A DNA stretch of 51,908 bases from Candidatus Aenigmatarchaeota archaeon (GTDB lineage: Archaea; Aenigmatarchaeota; Aenigmatarchaeia; CG10238-14; SpSt-28): assembly GCA_032249395.1 (NCBI GenBank), contig JAVVFY010000005.1:1-51908 (forward strand), given 5' to 3'. Below are positions 8,641 through 18,634 of the stretch, one piece after another. Below the pieces are notes generated by a model that saw only the letters and a list, made by a program, of their open reading frames with translations, had not been told where the DNA came from and searched no databases. Position 1 is the first letter of the stretch, and each line of letters starts with the position of its first letter. Both the position numbers and the translations under genes were made by a program.

Positions 8641-9969
8641 ATGGAATTGGAAATTTTATCAAAACAAAACCCTTGGTGGAAAGATAAAGCTGAAATTGAA
8701 AACGATGAAGATATTAGAAAATGGAAAGAAGGAAAAAGAAAATGGATACCTTCTGAAATAAATGAGATTAGCTTAAAGCTCTTTTCTCTCGACTTCGTTT
8801 TCGGTCCAAGGCAAGTAGGTAAGACAACTCTTCTAAAACTTTTAATCAAAAAACTTTTGGATGAAGGAGTAGGAAAAAGAGAGAATTTTCTATTTTAGAT
8901 GTGATAAGTTGACAGATTATAAAGAGCTTGATGAGGTTTTGAAAACTTATTTTGAATTTAGGAAATCAAAAAACATCTCAAGCTCATTCATTTTTTTTTT
9001 GATGAAGTTACCTTTCCAAAAGAATGGTTCAGAACTATAAAGTTTTACATAGATACAGGAGATTTCAAAAACGATGTTTTAGTTCTAACTGGATCTTTGA
9101 GTATGTATTTAAAGAAAGAAGTTGAATTGTTTCCTGGAAGGAGAGGTTTCGGTAGAGATATTGTTATTATGCCTTTAACTTTTAGAGAGTTTATCAAAGT
9201 TTTTTCTCCAGAAATTTATGAGAAAATTCCAAAGATTGAGAGAATTGAAAAGGAGGAAATTTTCAAAAAAGCTTATGAAGCGTTGCCATACTTCGATAAA
9301 ATACAAGAGCTATTTAAAAAGTATCTGAAGATTGGTGGATTTCCACTAGCAGTAAAGAACGAAGAAATAACACAAGATGTTAAAGAATCTTATTGGGCTT
9401 GGATAAAAAGTGATTTGGCAAAAATTGATAGAAGTGAGGAAAATTTCAAAAGAATAGCAAAAGCAATATTAGAAAAGACACCATCAGCTATAAGTTTGAA
9501 CAGTATAGCGAAAGAATTCGATATATCAACTCACAAGACTGTTTTCGAGTATTTGGATGTTATGGAAAAAATGTTTATAGTTAAAATCTTGTACCATATT
9601 GATCTTGACAAAATTATACCAAATCTTAAGAAAAACAGAAAAGTTTGTTTCACAGATCCATTTTTCTTTTATTTATTCTCAGATATTTGTCTAATAAAGT
9701 TACCAGATGAAAGCGTTTTAGTAGAAAATGTAGTAGCTTCTCACTTGTCAAGAAAATTTGATGCATTCTATTGGAAAAAACAAAGAGAAATTGATGTGGT
9801 TATAAGAAGCGAGGAAATAATAGGTTTTGAAGTTAAGTGGAGCGAAAAAGTAGATGATTTTTCAAAAATTAAAATCGGAAAAATGAAAAACGTTTTTTGT
9901 TTAACAAAAGATTTGATAGACAAATAGAAAAATCTACTACCGACATCTTTATTCTTAGCTATAATGTGA
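8641..9969 (+). pseudogene. AAA+ ATPase (AAA_14/DUF4143 type), disrupted
   Basis: NPWW, GPRQVGKTT, FDEV Walker B, LTGS, GGFP, EIDVV..FEVKW. Frameshifts at about 8872 and at the T10 tract 8991-9000; premature TAG at 9925. Confidence 0.85.
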
Positions 9970-10001
9970 ATTGAATTTATTTTTTTATTTAAAATAAACT
10001 T

Positions 10002-11246
10002 ATGCTGAACTATTGGGACTATGTAACTTTTGTAACATCGGCAATTTCATTTTTCGCCTTCTTTACTTACTTGCTAGTCTATTTAGAAAATAGAAAAAAA
10101 GTTTTTAAGGATCCACCTTTGCCAAAAAAGCTACCAAAAGTTAGCATACTTGTGCCAGCTTACAATGAAGAGAAAACTATTGCAAAAACATTAAAATCTT
10201 TGCTTAGACTAAACTATCCAAAAAATTTGCTTGAAATTATCGCAATAAACGACGGAAGCACCGACAATACTCTAAAAATAATGAAGAAGTTTGAGAAATA
10301 TGGAGTAAAAGTTATAGATAAGCCGAATGGCGGAAAGGCATCAGCATTGAATGCTGGATTAAAAGTTGCTAAAGGAGATATTATTGTTTGCATGGATGCC
10401 GATTCTATAGTTTCAAGAAATGCGCTAAAAAATACGGTTGGATATTTTAATGATCCTAATGTTGCTGCTGTTGCAAGTAGTTTAAAAGTTTATAAACCGA
10501 GAACTCTTTGGCAGAAAGTACAATATGTAGAGTATATTTATAATGTTTTTTTAAGAAAAGTTTTATCTTTGATGGATTCTCTTTTTGTTGTTCCAGGACC
10601 ATTTGGTTTATACAGAAGGAGTGTTTTAGAAAAATTGGGTGGATGGGAGGAAGGCAACATAACAGAGGATATGGAGCTTACTATGAGATTACAAAAGGCA
10701 GGATATAAAATAGAGACTTCGCTAAATTCTGTTGTTTATACTAAAACTCCAGATACATTTAAAAGATTGATACGACAGAGAGTTAGGTGGTACAGAGGAT
10801 TTTTAATTAATGCAAAAAAATATAGGGATATGTTTTTTAATCCTAAATTTGGTAATTTGGGTGTTTTTACGTTACCACTTTATATAATTTTTGTTTTAGT
10901 TCTTTTTGTAGCAGTTGGTTCAACCTTTTACGCTTTATATAATACTGCACACGATTTTATTTTTATAAATTTGAAAGCAGGAATAGAAACTCCAGATATC
11001 AGTTTAAAAAACATAGAGCCGCCACATTTGTTTATTGCGGTTCCTCACGTCTTTTGGTTAACAAATTTTGTTATATATGTTTATCTATTCTATATAAGTC
11101 TACAAATGAGCAGAGAAAGGAATTTTATAAGAGGTTTTTTAATATATTTTGTTAGCATACTTTTCTATCCATTTGTGTTAGCCTATGCGTGGACATTAAG
11201 TATATTAAAAGAATTAAGAGGGGCAAAGATAAAATGGGAAAGATAA
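10002..11246 (+). CDS. Processive GT2 glycosyltransferase (PgaC/cellulose-synthase-like)
   Basis: PAYNEE, DGSTD, DADS, TEDMEL, QRVRW; C-terminal TMs. Confidence 0.9.
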   Translation: MLNYWDYVTFVTSAISFFAFFTYLLVYLENRKKVFKDPPLPKKLPKVSILVPAYNEEKTIAKTLKSLLRLNYPKNLLEIIAINDGSTDNTLKIMKKFEKYGVKVIDKPNGGKASALNAGLKVAKGDIIVCMDADSIVSRNALKNTVGYFNDPNVAAVASSLKVYKPRTLWQKVQYVEYIYNVFLRKVLSLMDSLFVVPGPFGLYRRSVLEKLGGWEEGNITEDMELTMRLQKAGYKIETSLNSVVYTKTPDTFKRLIRQRVRWYRGFLINAKKYRDMFFNPKFGNLGVFTLPLYIIFVLVLFVAVGSTFYALYNTAHDFIFINLKAGIETPDISLKNIEPPHLFIAVPHVFWLTNFVIYVYLFYISLQMSRERNFIRGFLIYFVSILFYPFVLAYAWTLSILKELRGAKIKWER

Positions 11247-11893
11247 GCACTAAAATTTATTTAAAAGCGGCTGTATTGACTTTTCTTGTTTTTATTAGCG
11301 GAGTTTTGATAGGTTTGTATTTGGATGAGAAGAGAGTATCTTTTATAAAATCAAGAATGGATGAATTGGAAATAAGCTTTTCTAACTTGGCGTTAGAAGA
11401 AGAATTTTACAGAAGTGTTGCAATCAACAAAGAGACACTTTGTCCAATTTACATTTCTAAAGCTAATGATTTGGCAGTACAAGCAGGAAAAATGGGTAGT
11501 TATCTTGAAACATTTAGAGAAGTAAGCAGGTTCAGTAGAGGCGAGATAGAAAAATTAAAAGACAAATACTTCGTTTTAAATTTGCATTTGTGGTTGTATA
11601 TAAGAAAATTGAGAGAGGAATGTAATTACAATGCTACAACAATTTTGTTTTTTTATACTTCTGTTAGAGGGTGCGAAGATTGCATATCTCAGGGAATCGT
11701 TTTGGATAGATTAAAGAAGAGTGAACCAGAAAAGTATATGATTTTTGCGATAGATGTCGATTCCAAACTTGGAATAGTGGATGCTCTAAAGACATATTTT
11801 AATGTTACAAAAGTTCCTACTTTAGTAATAAATGAAAGACACAAATTAGAAGGCTTTGTTTCGAAAAAAGAGTTAGAAGAAATGACTAGATGA
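11234..11893 (+). CDS. Membrane-anchored thioredoxin-fold protein
   Basis: N-terminal TM, CEDC (CxxC), VPTLVIN cis-Pro loop; overlaps the GT2 stop. Confidence 0.65.
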   Translation: MGKISTKIYLKAAVLTFLVFISGVLIGLYLDEKRVSFIKSRMDELEISFSNLALEEEFYRSVAINKETLCPIYISKANDLAVQAGKMGSYLETFREVSRFSRGEIEKLKDKYFVLNLHLWLYIRKLREECNYNATTILFFYTSVRGCEDCISQGIVLDRLKKSEPEKYMIFAIDVDSKLGIVDALKTYFNVTKVPTLVINERHKLEGFVSKKELEEMTR

Positions 11894-11921
11894 TTTATTT
11901 AATTTTTTGTAAATATATTCA

Positions 11922-12506
11922 ATGACATACAGGCGTGTTCCAAGAGAAGTCAGAATAAAACTAACTAGAATGAGAATAATACTTTTTTTAATAGTGATGG
12001 CATTTATAGCAATTATATACTTGTCCTATCCACACTTACAAAAATGGTATCAATCTACTAAACCAATGACTGAGATAAACTATTTTGGAGTACCTATGAG
12101 ATTCAGAGAAGATGTAAGACTAGCAAAAAACATAGAAGTCTATCCAAATGAAACTTACATCAAATCAATTTTCAGAAGTAGAGAAATTAATGGCATAACC
12201 ATTGGTATATTGAACTTCACAAATGAAACAAACATTATTGGGGTAGAGGCAGTGGAAATAACTTTCAAATTATCTTCCTTCTATTCTTTAGCATCTTTGC
12301 CAGTAGCTATAAAAGGAAAAGAAATTGGAAGCTTATATGAAATTTCTGGAAATTCGACAAATCCAGTGATAATCATAATTCCACCAACAATAGCAAATGA
12401 AACTTTGGTAAGAGCTGAAAATTACACTGTTTTCATTTCCGGAAAAACATTGAAAGATTTGGACTTAGCGACAATAAAATTCATAGAAGTTGTTTTAGGG
12501 ATATGA
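11922..12506 (+). CDS. Membrane-anchored hypothetical protein
   Basis: Single N-terminal TM and several N-x-S/T sequons. Confidence 0.7.
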   Translation: MTYRRVPREVRIKLTRMRIILFLIVMAFIAIIYLSYPHLQKWYQSTKPMTEINYFGVPMRFREDVRLAKNIEVYPNETYIKSIFRSREINGITIGILNFTNETNIIGVEAVEITFKLSSFYSLASLPVAIKGKEIGSLYEISGNSTNPVIIIIPPTIANETLVRAENYTVFISGKTLKDLDLATIKFIEVVLGI

Positions 12507-12560
12507 AATATCGACCAAATTCGATAAAATTCCAGTTTTTTATCGATTACAGTAGATAAA

Positions 12561-12902
12561 TTACAATAGTTTCAACTTTCCAGTTATTTTATCTATAATC
12601 TTTTCCTCTATTGGCCCAACTCCAATACAAGTTACTGTACCTTTATCTAGTTGAGTTAAGCCAGCATCAGAAATTTTGACATACTTTATCTTCTTTTCTT
12701 TAAGTTTCTTTTCTATTTTTTCTAATTCTTTCAAATCCTTAACTTTAAGGACAATCTTTTTTGCTCCTTCTTTTCTCCATTTCTCTAAAGTTTCTCTATC
12801 TACTTGTAAGGCAGCTTCTAGGCTGGCATGGGCAACATGTGTTGCGAGCTTACCTTTACCCCAATCAAGATCCTTTCTAACAATTATAACTTGCTTCAGC
12901 AT
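12561..12902 (-). CDS. pth2: Peptidyl-tRNA hydrolase Pth2
   Basis: KQVIIVRKDL..GKGKLA, DAGLTQ, GVGP, ITGKLKLL. Confidence 0.95.
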   Translation of the reverse strand: MLKQVIIVRKDLDWGKGKLATHVAHASLEAALQVDRETLEKWRKEGAKKIVLKVKDLKELEKIEKKLKEKKIKYVKISDAGLTQLDKGTVTCIGVGPIEEKIIDKITGKLKLL

Positions 12903-12951
12903 AGATTTTTTTGATTTGGAGATTTTTAACTTAGGAAACCAATTTAACTTT

Positions 12952-14904
12952 ATGAAGAATGTTGCAGAGAAAAGCTACTTTTTGGTTGGTAAAAAATGCT
13001 TTTTCCATAGATATTGTGATGGCGGCTTTAGAACAAAGTGGACTGGCTTATGGAGGCTGACTAGGAAATATCTAGAATACTATGCGATAAAAATTAACGA
13101 AGAATGGCTCTCTCCAAGCAATATTCAAACATTTGTAGAAGAAAAGGAAACAGTTAAACATATTTATTCATTGAAAGATTTTGTTGTTGAAGAAGAAGTT
13201 TTTGTTCCAGAGAACGAGCCAATATTGATAATTGTTTTGAATGTAAAGAATAATTCAAATGAGACAAAAGACTTGAAGATTGAATTTGAGATTGCTGCAA
13301 ACATCAGAGATTGGAATGAAGATTGGTATGAGAGAGATTACGAGATAACTTATAGAAAAAATCATTTTGTTATAAAATCGGAAAAAGGAAAGCTAGCTTT
13401 CGTCTCTTCTACTAATGGCAACTTTATTGGATACCATTTCTACAAAACTCATTATCCAGAGGGAAAATTGCAGAAATGTTTTGTTACAAAAAACTTTTTG
13501 ATTGAAGATAGAGTCAATTCTAACGAGGAAAAGAAGTTTAGTTTTCTTTTTGCTTGCGATAAAGATGAAATTTTTGAATTAGAAGCATTGCTCAAAAATT
13601 ACGATTATTTAGTTGGAGAAAAAAGAGCTATCTACAAAAAACTTTTAGAAGAAAATAATTTCTTTTCGTCAATTGACTTCTTAAACGATCTTTTCAGAAT
13701 AGCAGTTTTCAATTTGAAGAAATCTATAGTGGATTTTAACAACCAAAAAGTTTTTATTGCGGGATATCCTTGGTTCACTCAAGTTTGGGGAAGAGATTCT
13801 TTACTTTCTATAGCACTTAATCAATTTGATGAAGAAGCTTGTAGAAACACTTTAAAGTTGTTAGCAAAGTATCAATCTGAAGAAGGAAAAATACCAAACA
13901 TTATTTTGTTGGATGGAAAAGTTGATTACAATTCTTCAGATGCAACTCCTCTTTTCCCAATAGCTTTGGATTCTTATTTGAAAAGATTCGGCAATGTTAG
14001 TTTGGTTTTGGATTTGAAAGATACACTTTACAAAATTTTTGATTTTTACAAAAGGAACAAAAACGAAGATGGTTTTGTTTATTCTCCTAAAAACTCAACA
14101 TGGATGGATAGTTTAGAGAGAGAAGGTTATTGTATTGAAGTTCAAGTTTTTTGGCAAAAAGCTTTGGAAATTCTTTCTGATCTATTTGAAATTTTAGAAG
14201 ATGATAAAAGTGCTAAGGAAGCAACTCAATTAGCAAAAACTTTAAAGACAAACATTCTAAAAAAATTTGCAAAAGGTAAGTATTTTGTAGATAGAATAGG
14301 AAGTGACATTGAAACGATAAATCCACTATTTTTATTTGTTTTTGGTTTAGTCGAGAGAAGAGATTTGTTGAATTACATAGAAGAAAATTTTGAAACAGAA
14401 GTTGGTTTATCAACTATCAACAAAAATTCTGCTCACTATAAGCCAAGTTCTTACCACTCTGGTTGTACTTGGAGTCATTTGCTAGCCTTGCTTTCTTCTG
14501 TTCAATTCAAAAAAATGAGAGTAGATAAAGCTCTGGAGAATTTGAGAAAAATTTATGTTAAAACTCAAGAGCATGCATTAAACTGTATACCAGAAGTTTG
14601 GGATTCAGAAAATGGAAGTTTGTATGTTGATAAGCCAGTTGGAAGGGAAATTTCCTCTTTTATTCAAGCTTGGAGCGCAGCAGCTGTAATAAGAGCTATA
14701 GACGAGATGTTAGGAATTGAAATAGATGCTTTAAAGAATGTTATAAAAGTTTCTCCAAAAATGGAAGGAGAATTTAAGAGAGTTCTAAAAATTGGAGAAG
14801 ATGTTGTTGAACTTCAAATAACTTTCAAAGAAGCAAAGGTTGATGTTTTATATAAAAGCAAGCTAAATAAAAATTACAAGATAATTGCCTTGCCAGAAAT
14901 CTAA
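12952..14904 (+). CDS. Glycogen debranching enzyme (amylo-alpha-1,6-glucosidase family)
   Basis: IAGYPWF.QVWGRD, YNSSDATPLF, TWMDS, YHSGCTW, QAWS. The 5' extension in the ORF track overlaps pth2 and is rejected. Confidence 0.88.
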   Translation: MKNVAEKSYFLVGKKCFFHRYCDGGFRTKWTGLWRLTRKYLEYYAIKINEEWLSPSNIQTFVEEKETVKHIYSLKDFVVEEEVFVPENEPILIIVLNVKNNSNETKDLKIEFEIAANIRDWNEDWYERDYEITYRKNHFVIKSEKGKLAFVSSTNGNFIGYHFYKTHYPEGKLQKCFVTKNFLIEDRVNSNEEKKFSFLFACDKDEIFELEALLKNYDYLVGEKRAIYKKLLEENNFFSSIDFLNDLFRIAVFNLKKSIVDFNNQKVFIAGYPWFTQVWGRDSLLSIALNQFDEEACRNTLKLLAKYQSEEGKIPNIILLDGKVDYNSSDATPLFPIALDSYLKRFGNVSLVLDLKDTLYKIFDFYKRNKNEDGFVYSPKNSTWMDSLEREGYCIEVQVFWQKALEILSDLFEILEDDKSAKEATQLAKTLKTNILKKFAKGKYFVDRIGSDIETINPLFLFVFGLVERRDLLNYIEENFETEVGLSTINKNSAHYKPSSYHSGCTWSHLLALLSSVQFKKMRVDKALENLRKIYVKTQEHALNCIPEVWDSENGSLYVDKPVGREISSFIQAWSAAAVIRAIDEMLGIEIDALKNVIKVSPKMEGEFKRVLKIGEDVVELQITFKEAKVDVLYKSKLNKNYKIIALPEI

Positions 14905-15617
14905 ATTTTGTAGAATTTCTTGTACTTATTAGGGTACATCAGAATTTGAGAAAGCTTTTTTATTGGAAGAGACAATTTCTTTGCGGAAACTTTTTCTATT
15001 GAAAATCCTTCGTACTTCTTATTTTCAACAATTTTCAACCAACCATTTTGCATGAAAACGTGGTGAGGAAATCCTTTATTTTTAACAATATTGTAATCAT
15101 GTCCAGCGTCTTCTGGAACTATTCCCAAAACTAAACAATCTTTTCCAGTTGATATTAAACGGTGAATAAACCTTGGATGTATTAACACTGAAGTCCCTTC
15201 TTTCATCTCAACGATTATTGATTTTTTCTTGTTTAGATCAGAAAGCAATAGATAGCATTCGTTTTTCAAAACAGTATAAAACTCTCCTCTATTTTTTTCA
15301 TGTTTATGTCCATAGGTTAGAAATGTTTCACCATCTTTTGTCAAAGAAAACAAACCAAATTTTAAGAGAGTCACATCAAAATTTAGCTTATATTCATCCT
15401 TAATTTTCTTGTATCTTTCTATACCTCTCCATAAGTTATAGACATAGTAAACTGTCCTATCACCAAAAAACTCCAAAGCTTTTTTTGCATTTTTCAAATC
15501 GAGAATTACTTTATCTTTTATCAACTCACTCATCTTTCTTTCCCAAAAAACTGGCATTTCTTTAAATTCTAGCTCGAGAAATTGCTCTCCTTTAATTTTC
15601 ATTTCCTCAATCTCCAT
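14901..15617 (-). CDS. Cupin-type glucose-6-phosphate isomerase
   Basis: TYGHKH...EFY, IHRLI, GHDY cupin motifs. Confidence 0.75.
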   Translation of the reverse strand: MEIEEMKIKGEQFLELEFKEMPVFWERKMSELIKDKVILDLKNAKKALEFFGDRTVYYVYNLWRGIERYKKIKDEYKLNFDVTLLKFGLFSLTKDGETFLTYGHKHEKNRGEFYTVLKNECYLLLSDLNKKKSIIVEMKEGTSVLIHPRFIHRLISTGKDCLVLGIVPEDAGHDYNIVKNKGFPHHVFMQNGWLKIVENKKYEGFSIEKVSAKKLSLPIKKLSQILMYPNKYKKFYKI

Positions 15618-15663
15618 TTTTAACTTTGTTTTCTGTTTTAATAATTCTCTTCTAAAATTGATT

Positions 15664-16965
15664 ATGAGAGAAGATGTGTCTCCACCAAAAGGATTTAGGG
15701 ATTTTCCGCCAGAGGATGAAATTTTGAAAAAAGAAATTTTTTCTAGAATTGAGAAGATTTTTCAAAGGTACGGTTTTGATCCTATAGAAACACCAATGGT
15801 AGAAAAGTGGGAGACTTTGGCAGGAAAATATGGTGAGGAAGCAGAAAACAGATTAATTTGGAGGTTTAAATTGCCTTATAGCGAAAAAGAATTTGGTTTA
15901 AGATATGATTTGACAGTTCCGTTGGCAAGGTTTGTAGCTAGATTTAATCCAAGATTTCCTTTCAAAAGATATCAAATAGGGAGAGTTTTCAGATACGAAG
16001 ACCCACAAAAAGGAAGATACAGAGAATTTTGGCAGTGTGATGTCGATATTGTTGGAGAGTCTTCTCCACTGGCCGACGCTGAGATTTTAAATATTGTTAT
16101 AGACGTTTTTGAGGAATTCGGTTTCAAGAATTACACGATTAAAGTTAATGACAGAAGGATTTTGAGAGAAATTTTTGAGAAGTTTCTTGGAATTAGTGAT
16201 TATTCTACGATTCTCAAAATCTACAGAATAATTGATAAGTTGGATAAGATTGGTAAAGAAAAAGTTCTTTTACTTTTGAAAGAGTTGAATCTTGGAGAAA
16301 AACTCTTGAAGCAAATAGAAAGTTTTATAGATGCGTCTAAGTTAAGCAACGAGGAAATATTTAGATATTTAGAATCTTTTGATTCAAGTGAGATAAAAGT
16401 TGCAATAGAAAGCTTGAAAACTATTTTGGAATTCTCTAAGAAAAAAGATAGAATAAAGATAGATTTGTCTCTTGTCAGAGGTTTAGATTATTATACAGGC
16501 ATGATTTATGAGGCTGTTGTTGAAGAACCGAAGATTGGAAGTTTGTCTGGAGGAGGAAGATATGATAATCTAATTGGGATTTTTACTGGCAATAAAATTC
16601 CTGCGGTTGGAGGCTCCATAGGAGTAGAAAGACTTATAGATGCGGGTTTAGAGTTGGGAATTTTCAAAAAAGAAAAGAAAACTTATTCTAAGGTTGGAAT
16701 CGTTTACACTAAAGATGTTGACGTTAAAAGAGTTTGGGAAATTGCTGATTATTTGAGAAACAAAGGAATTAATACTTTTGTTCCATTTGAGAGCTACTCT
16801 GGGATTTTAGATGGAGTAAAAGATTTGGATAAAAGAGGAGTACAATTTGCATTAATTGTTGGTAAGAAAGAGATTGAGGAAGGAAAATTGACTTTGCAAA
16901 ATTTGTTGACGAGAGAAAGACAGGTTGTTAAATTGGAAGAAATAGATAAAATAGTCAAAGGTTAA
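15664..16965 (+). CDS. hisS: Histidine--tRNA ligase
   Basis: PKGFRDF, LRYDLTVP, GRYREFWQCD, RGLDYYTG, GGGRYD. Confidence 0.97.
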   Translation: MREDVSPPKGFRDFPPEDEILKKEIFSRIEKIFQRYGFDPIETPMVEKWETLAGKYGEEAENRLIWRFKLPYSEKEFGLRYDLTVPLARFVARFNPRFPFKRYQIGRVFRYEDPQKGRYREFWQCDVDIVGESSPLADAEILNIVIDVFEEFGFKNYTIKVNDRRILREIFEKFLGISDYSTILKIYRIIDKLDKIGKEKVLLLLKELNLGEKLLKQIESFIDASKLSNEEIFRYLESFDSSEIKVAIESLKTILEFSKKKDRIKIDLSLVRGLDYYTGMIYEAVVEEPKIGSLSGGGRYDNLIGIFTGNKIPAVGGSIGVERLIDAGLELGIFKKEKKTYSKVGIVYTKDVDVKRVWEIADYLRNKGINTFVPFESYSGILDGVKDLDKRGVQFALIVGKKEIEEGKLTLQNLLTRERQVVKLEEIDKIVKG

Positions 16966-16989
16966 TTCTTTCTTTCAAATCTAAAAAAT

Positions 16990-17061
16990 GGGCCGGTAGA
17001 TCAATGGTAGATCGCCGCCCTCGCAAGGCGGAGGCTCCGGGTTCGAATCCCGGCCGGTCCA
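16990..17061 (+). tRNA. tRNA-Ala(CGC)
   Basis: GGGCCGG/CCGGTCC acceptor with G3:U70; anticodon arm CCGCC-CT-CGC-AA-GGCGG; TTCGAAT T-loop. Confidence 0.97.
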
Positions 17062-17367
17062 AAATCCTGGAGTTCAAAAGAAGAAAATTTGGAAATTTTT
17101 GAATTAGATACTTAATAGCGAAATAATGAGAAAATTTTTTGAGAAAAATTTTAGGAGATTTCAAGAGAGAAATCCTCATGAAACTTTGGTTTTTAGACTT
17201 AGGATTTTTGTAATTTTGAGTTAAATTCTGATTGCTTTGAGCAAAATTTTCTATATAAACAAATTTCTCCCTTGTTTACTTTTCAATTCCACTTGGACAA
17301 AACAAATTTTGTAGAATTTTCAATAAGTACTTTGGAATCTTTGCACTTCTCACAGTTTTCTTTACTG

Positions 17368-17730
17368 ATGTTTTTATGTGAGGATTCTATTCGATTTATA
17401 TATTCACTTGGTTTGGGTTTTATTTTTGTTTGGCTATTATCTACGAAAAATCAGTTATCTTTTTTCGATAAGTATACTAATCTTGTAAAGAAAACAATAA
17501 TAACAGCAGCTATCTAAATTTTGTTGTTTGATTTTTGGAGTGGTATAATAGGAACTACTTTAATGGGTTGGAATGGATTTCCAGCTTCCATAGATTCTTG
17601 GATAAAATCCGCTATTGGTCAAATACCATTTACACTATATCATTTGCTTTCAATTATTTTTGTTCCTCCATTGGTAGCTCTTGGAAAATTTGTTTCGAGA
17701 GTAAAAATAGCAATCCCGGTCATAGTGTAA
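17368..17730 (+). pseudogene. Remnant of a membrane protein, ECF S-component-like
   Basis: Hydrophobic frame broken by TAA at 17515 (ITAAI*ILLFDFWSG...GQIPFTLYH). The 5' boundary is uncertain. Confidence 0.45.
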
Positions 17731-17773
17731 AATAGGCTTAGAGTAGGATATAGGTCGAGAAATAAGTTTCGGT

Positions 17774-18142
17774 TCAATCTATTTGAGGTAGAGGTCTAGA
17801 AATATTTTCACAAATAATGGCCTTTTTTAAATCTCCAGATGCTACCAGGAACACACCATACCTATTTGTTTTACAAATTTCATCCGAATTTTTTCTTATT
17901 AAATCAAAACTACAAACTGTATTTCCATTTTCATCTAAAACTTTTACATCCTTCAAATCGCTATAAGCAGATATTATTATGACATCTTTATTACAATACG
18001 AAAAGAATTGGTTGCTTGGAATTTCTCTATATTCTCTATTTAATTTGTAGTACCAGTGAGTTGCTAATCCTGCAAATATCAATGCTGAGATACCAACTAA
18101 AAAAACTCCAATCTTTAAAATATCTAGTTGTTTTCCCTTCAT
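17774..18142 (-). CDS. Membrane-anchored hypothetical protein
   Basis: N-terminal TM and four Cys in the soluble part. Confidence 0.65.
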   Translation of the reverse strand: MKGKQLDILKIGVFLVGISALIFAGLATHWYYKLNREYREIPSNQFFSYCNKDVIIISAYSDLKDVKVLDENGNTVCSFDLIRKNSDEICKTNRYGVFLVASGDLKKAIICENISRPLPQID

Positions 18143-18170
18143 GATTGTATATATTTTATAGGCTTAAAAA

Positions 18171-18590
18171 TTATTTCAATCTTTCTAATATTATTGCTGG
18201 ACAAACTTTTGTTATCATTTTATTTTTTTCTAACCTTTTTACAAACTCGCTAAGTTCTTCGTTTGTTCTAAAAACCACCTTAGCTAAAATCATGTGATCT
18301 CCTGTTGAAGTGTACAACTCTTTAACTTCTTTGTCTTCCTTTAACATTTCTATAATTTTAACAAAATGTTCTGGCAACACATCAATACCTATTATAGCTA
18401 CATAATTGTATCCAAGTTTTTTGTAATCAATATCTAAACTGAACCTAATTATTCCAAATTTTAGAAGTTTCCTAACTTTCTTTCTTATCGCAGCTTCGCT
18501 AACTTTGAATTTTTTAGCTATTTCAGTAAATGGTTTTCTGCAATCTTTTTCTAATTCTCTAATTAGATCAATGTCCGATATTCGAACCAT
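18171..18590 (-). CDS. Lrp/AsnC family regulator (LrpA/Ptr2-like)
   Basis: HTH FTEIAKKFKVSEAAIRKKV; STGDHMI; VCPAIILE. Confidence 0.92.
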   Translation of the reverse strand: MVRISDIDLIRELEKDCRKPFTEIAKKFKVSEAAIRKKVRKLLKFGIIRFSLDIDYKKLGYNYVAIIGIDVLPEHFVKIIEMLKEDKEVKELYTSTGDHMILAKVVFRTNEELSEFVKRLEKNKMITKVCPAIILERLK

Positions 18591-18618
18591 AATATTTATA
18601 AATTCGAACCTTTAAATA
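18580..18618 (+). promoter_or_regulatory. ATTCGAACC direct repeat (22-bp period) next to TATA box TTTAAATA
   Basis: Copies at 18580-18588 and 18602-18610; TATA at 18611-18618; lies between the divergent lrp and prx genes. Confidence 0.55.
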
Positions 18619-18634
18619 TTTATTGGTGGTGTTT

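Noticed and set aside
12521-12546. Inverted repeat TCGATAAAA...TTTTATCGA between convergent genes
   Set aside because: Short and AT-rich; at most a terminator-like element.
12676-12951. N-terminal extension of the debranching enzyme
   Set aside because: It is the antisense shadow of pth2; the real start is ATG 12952.
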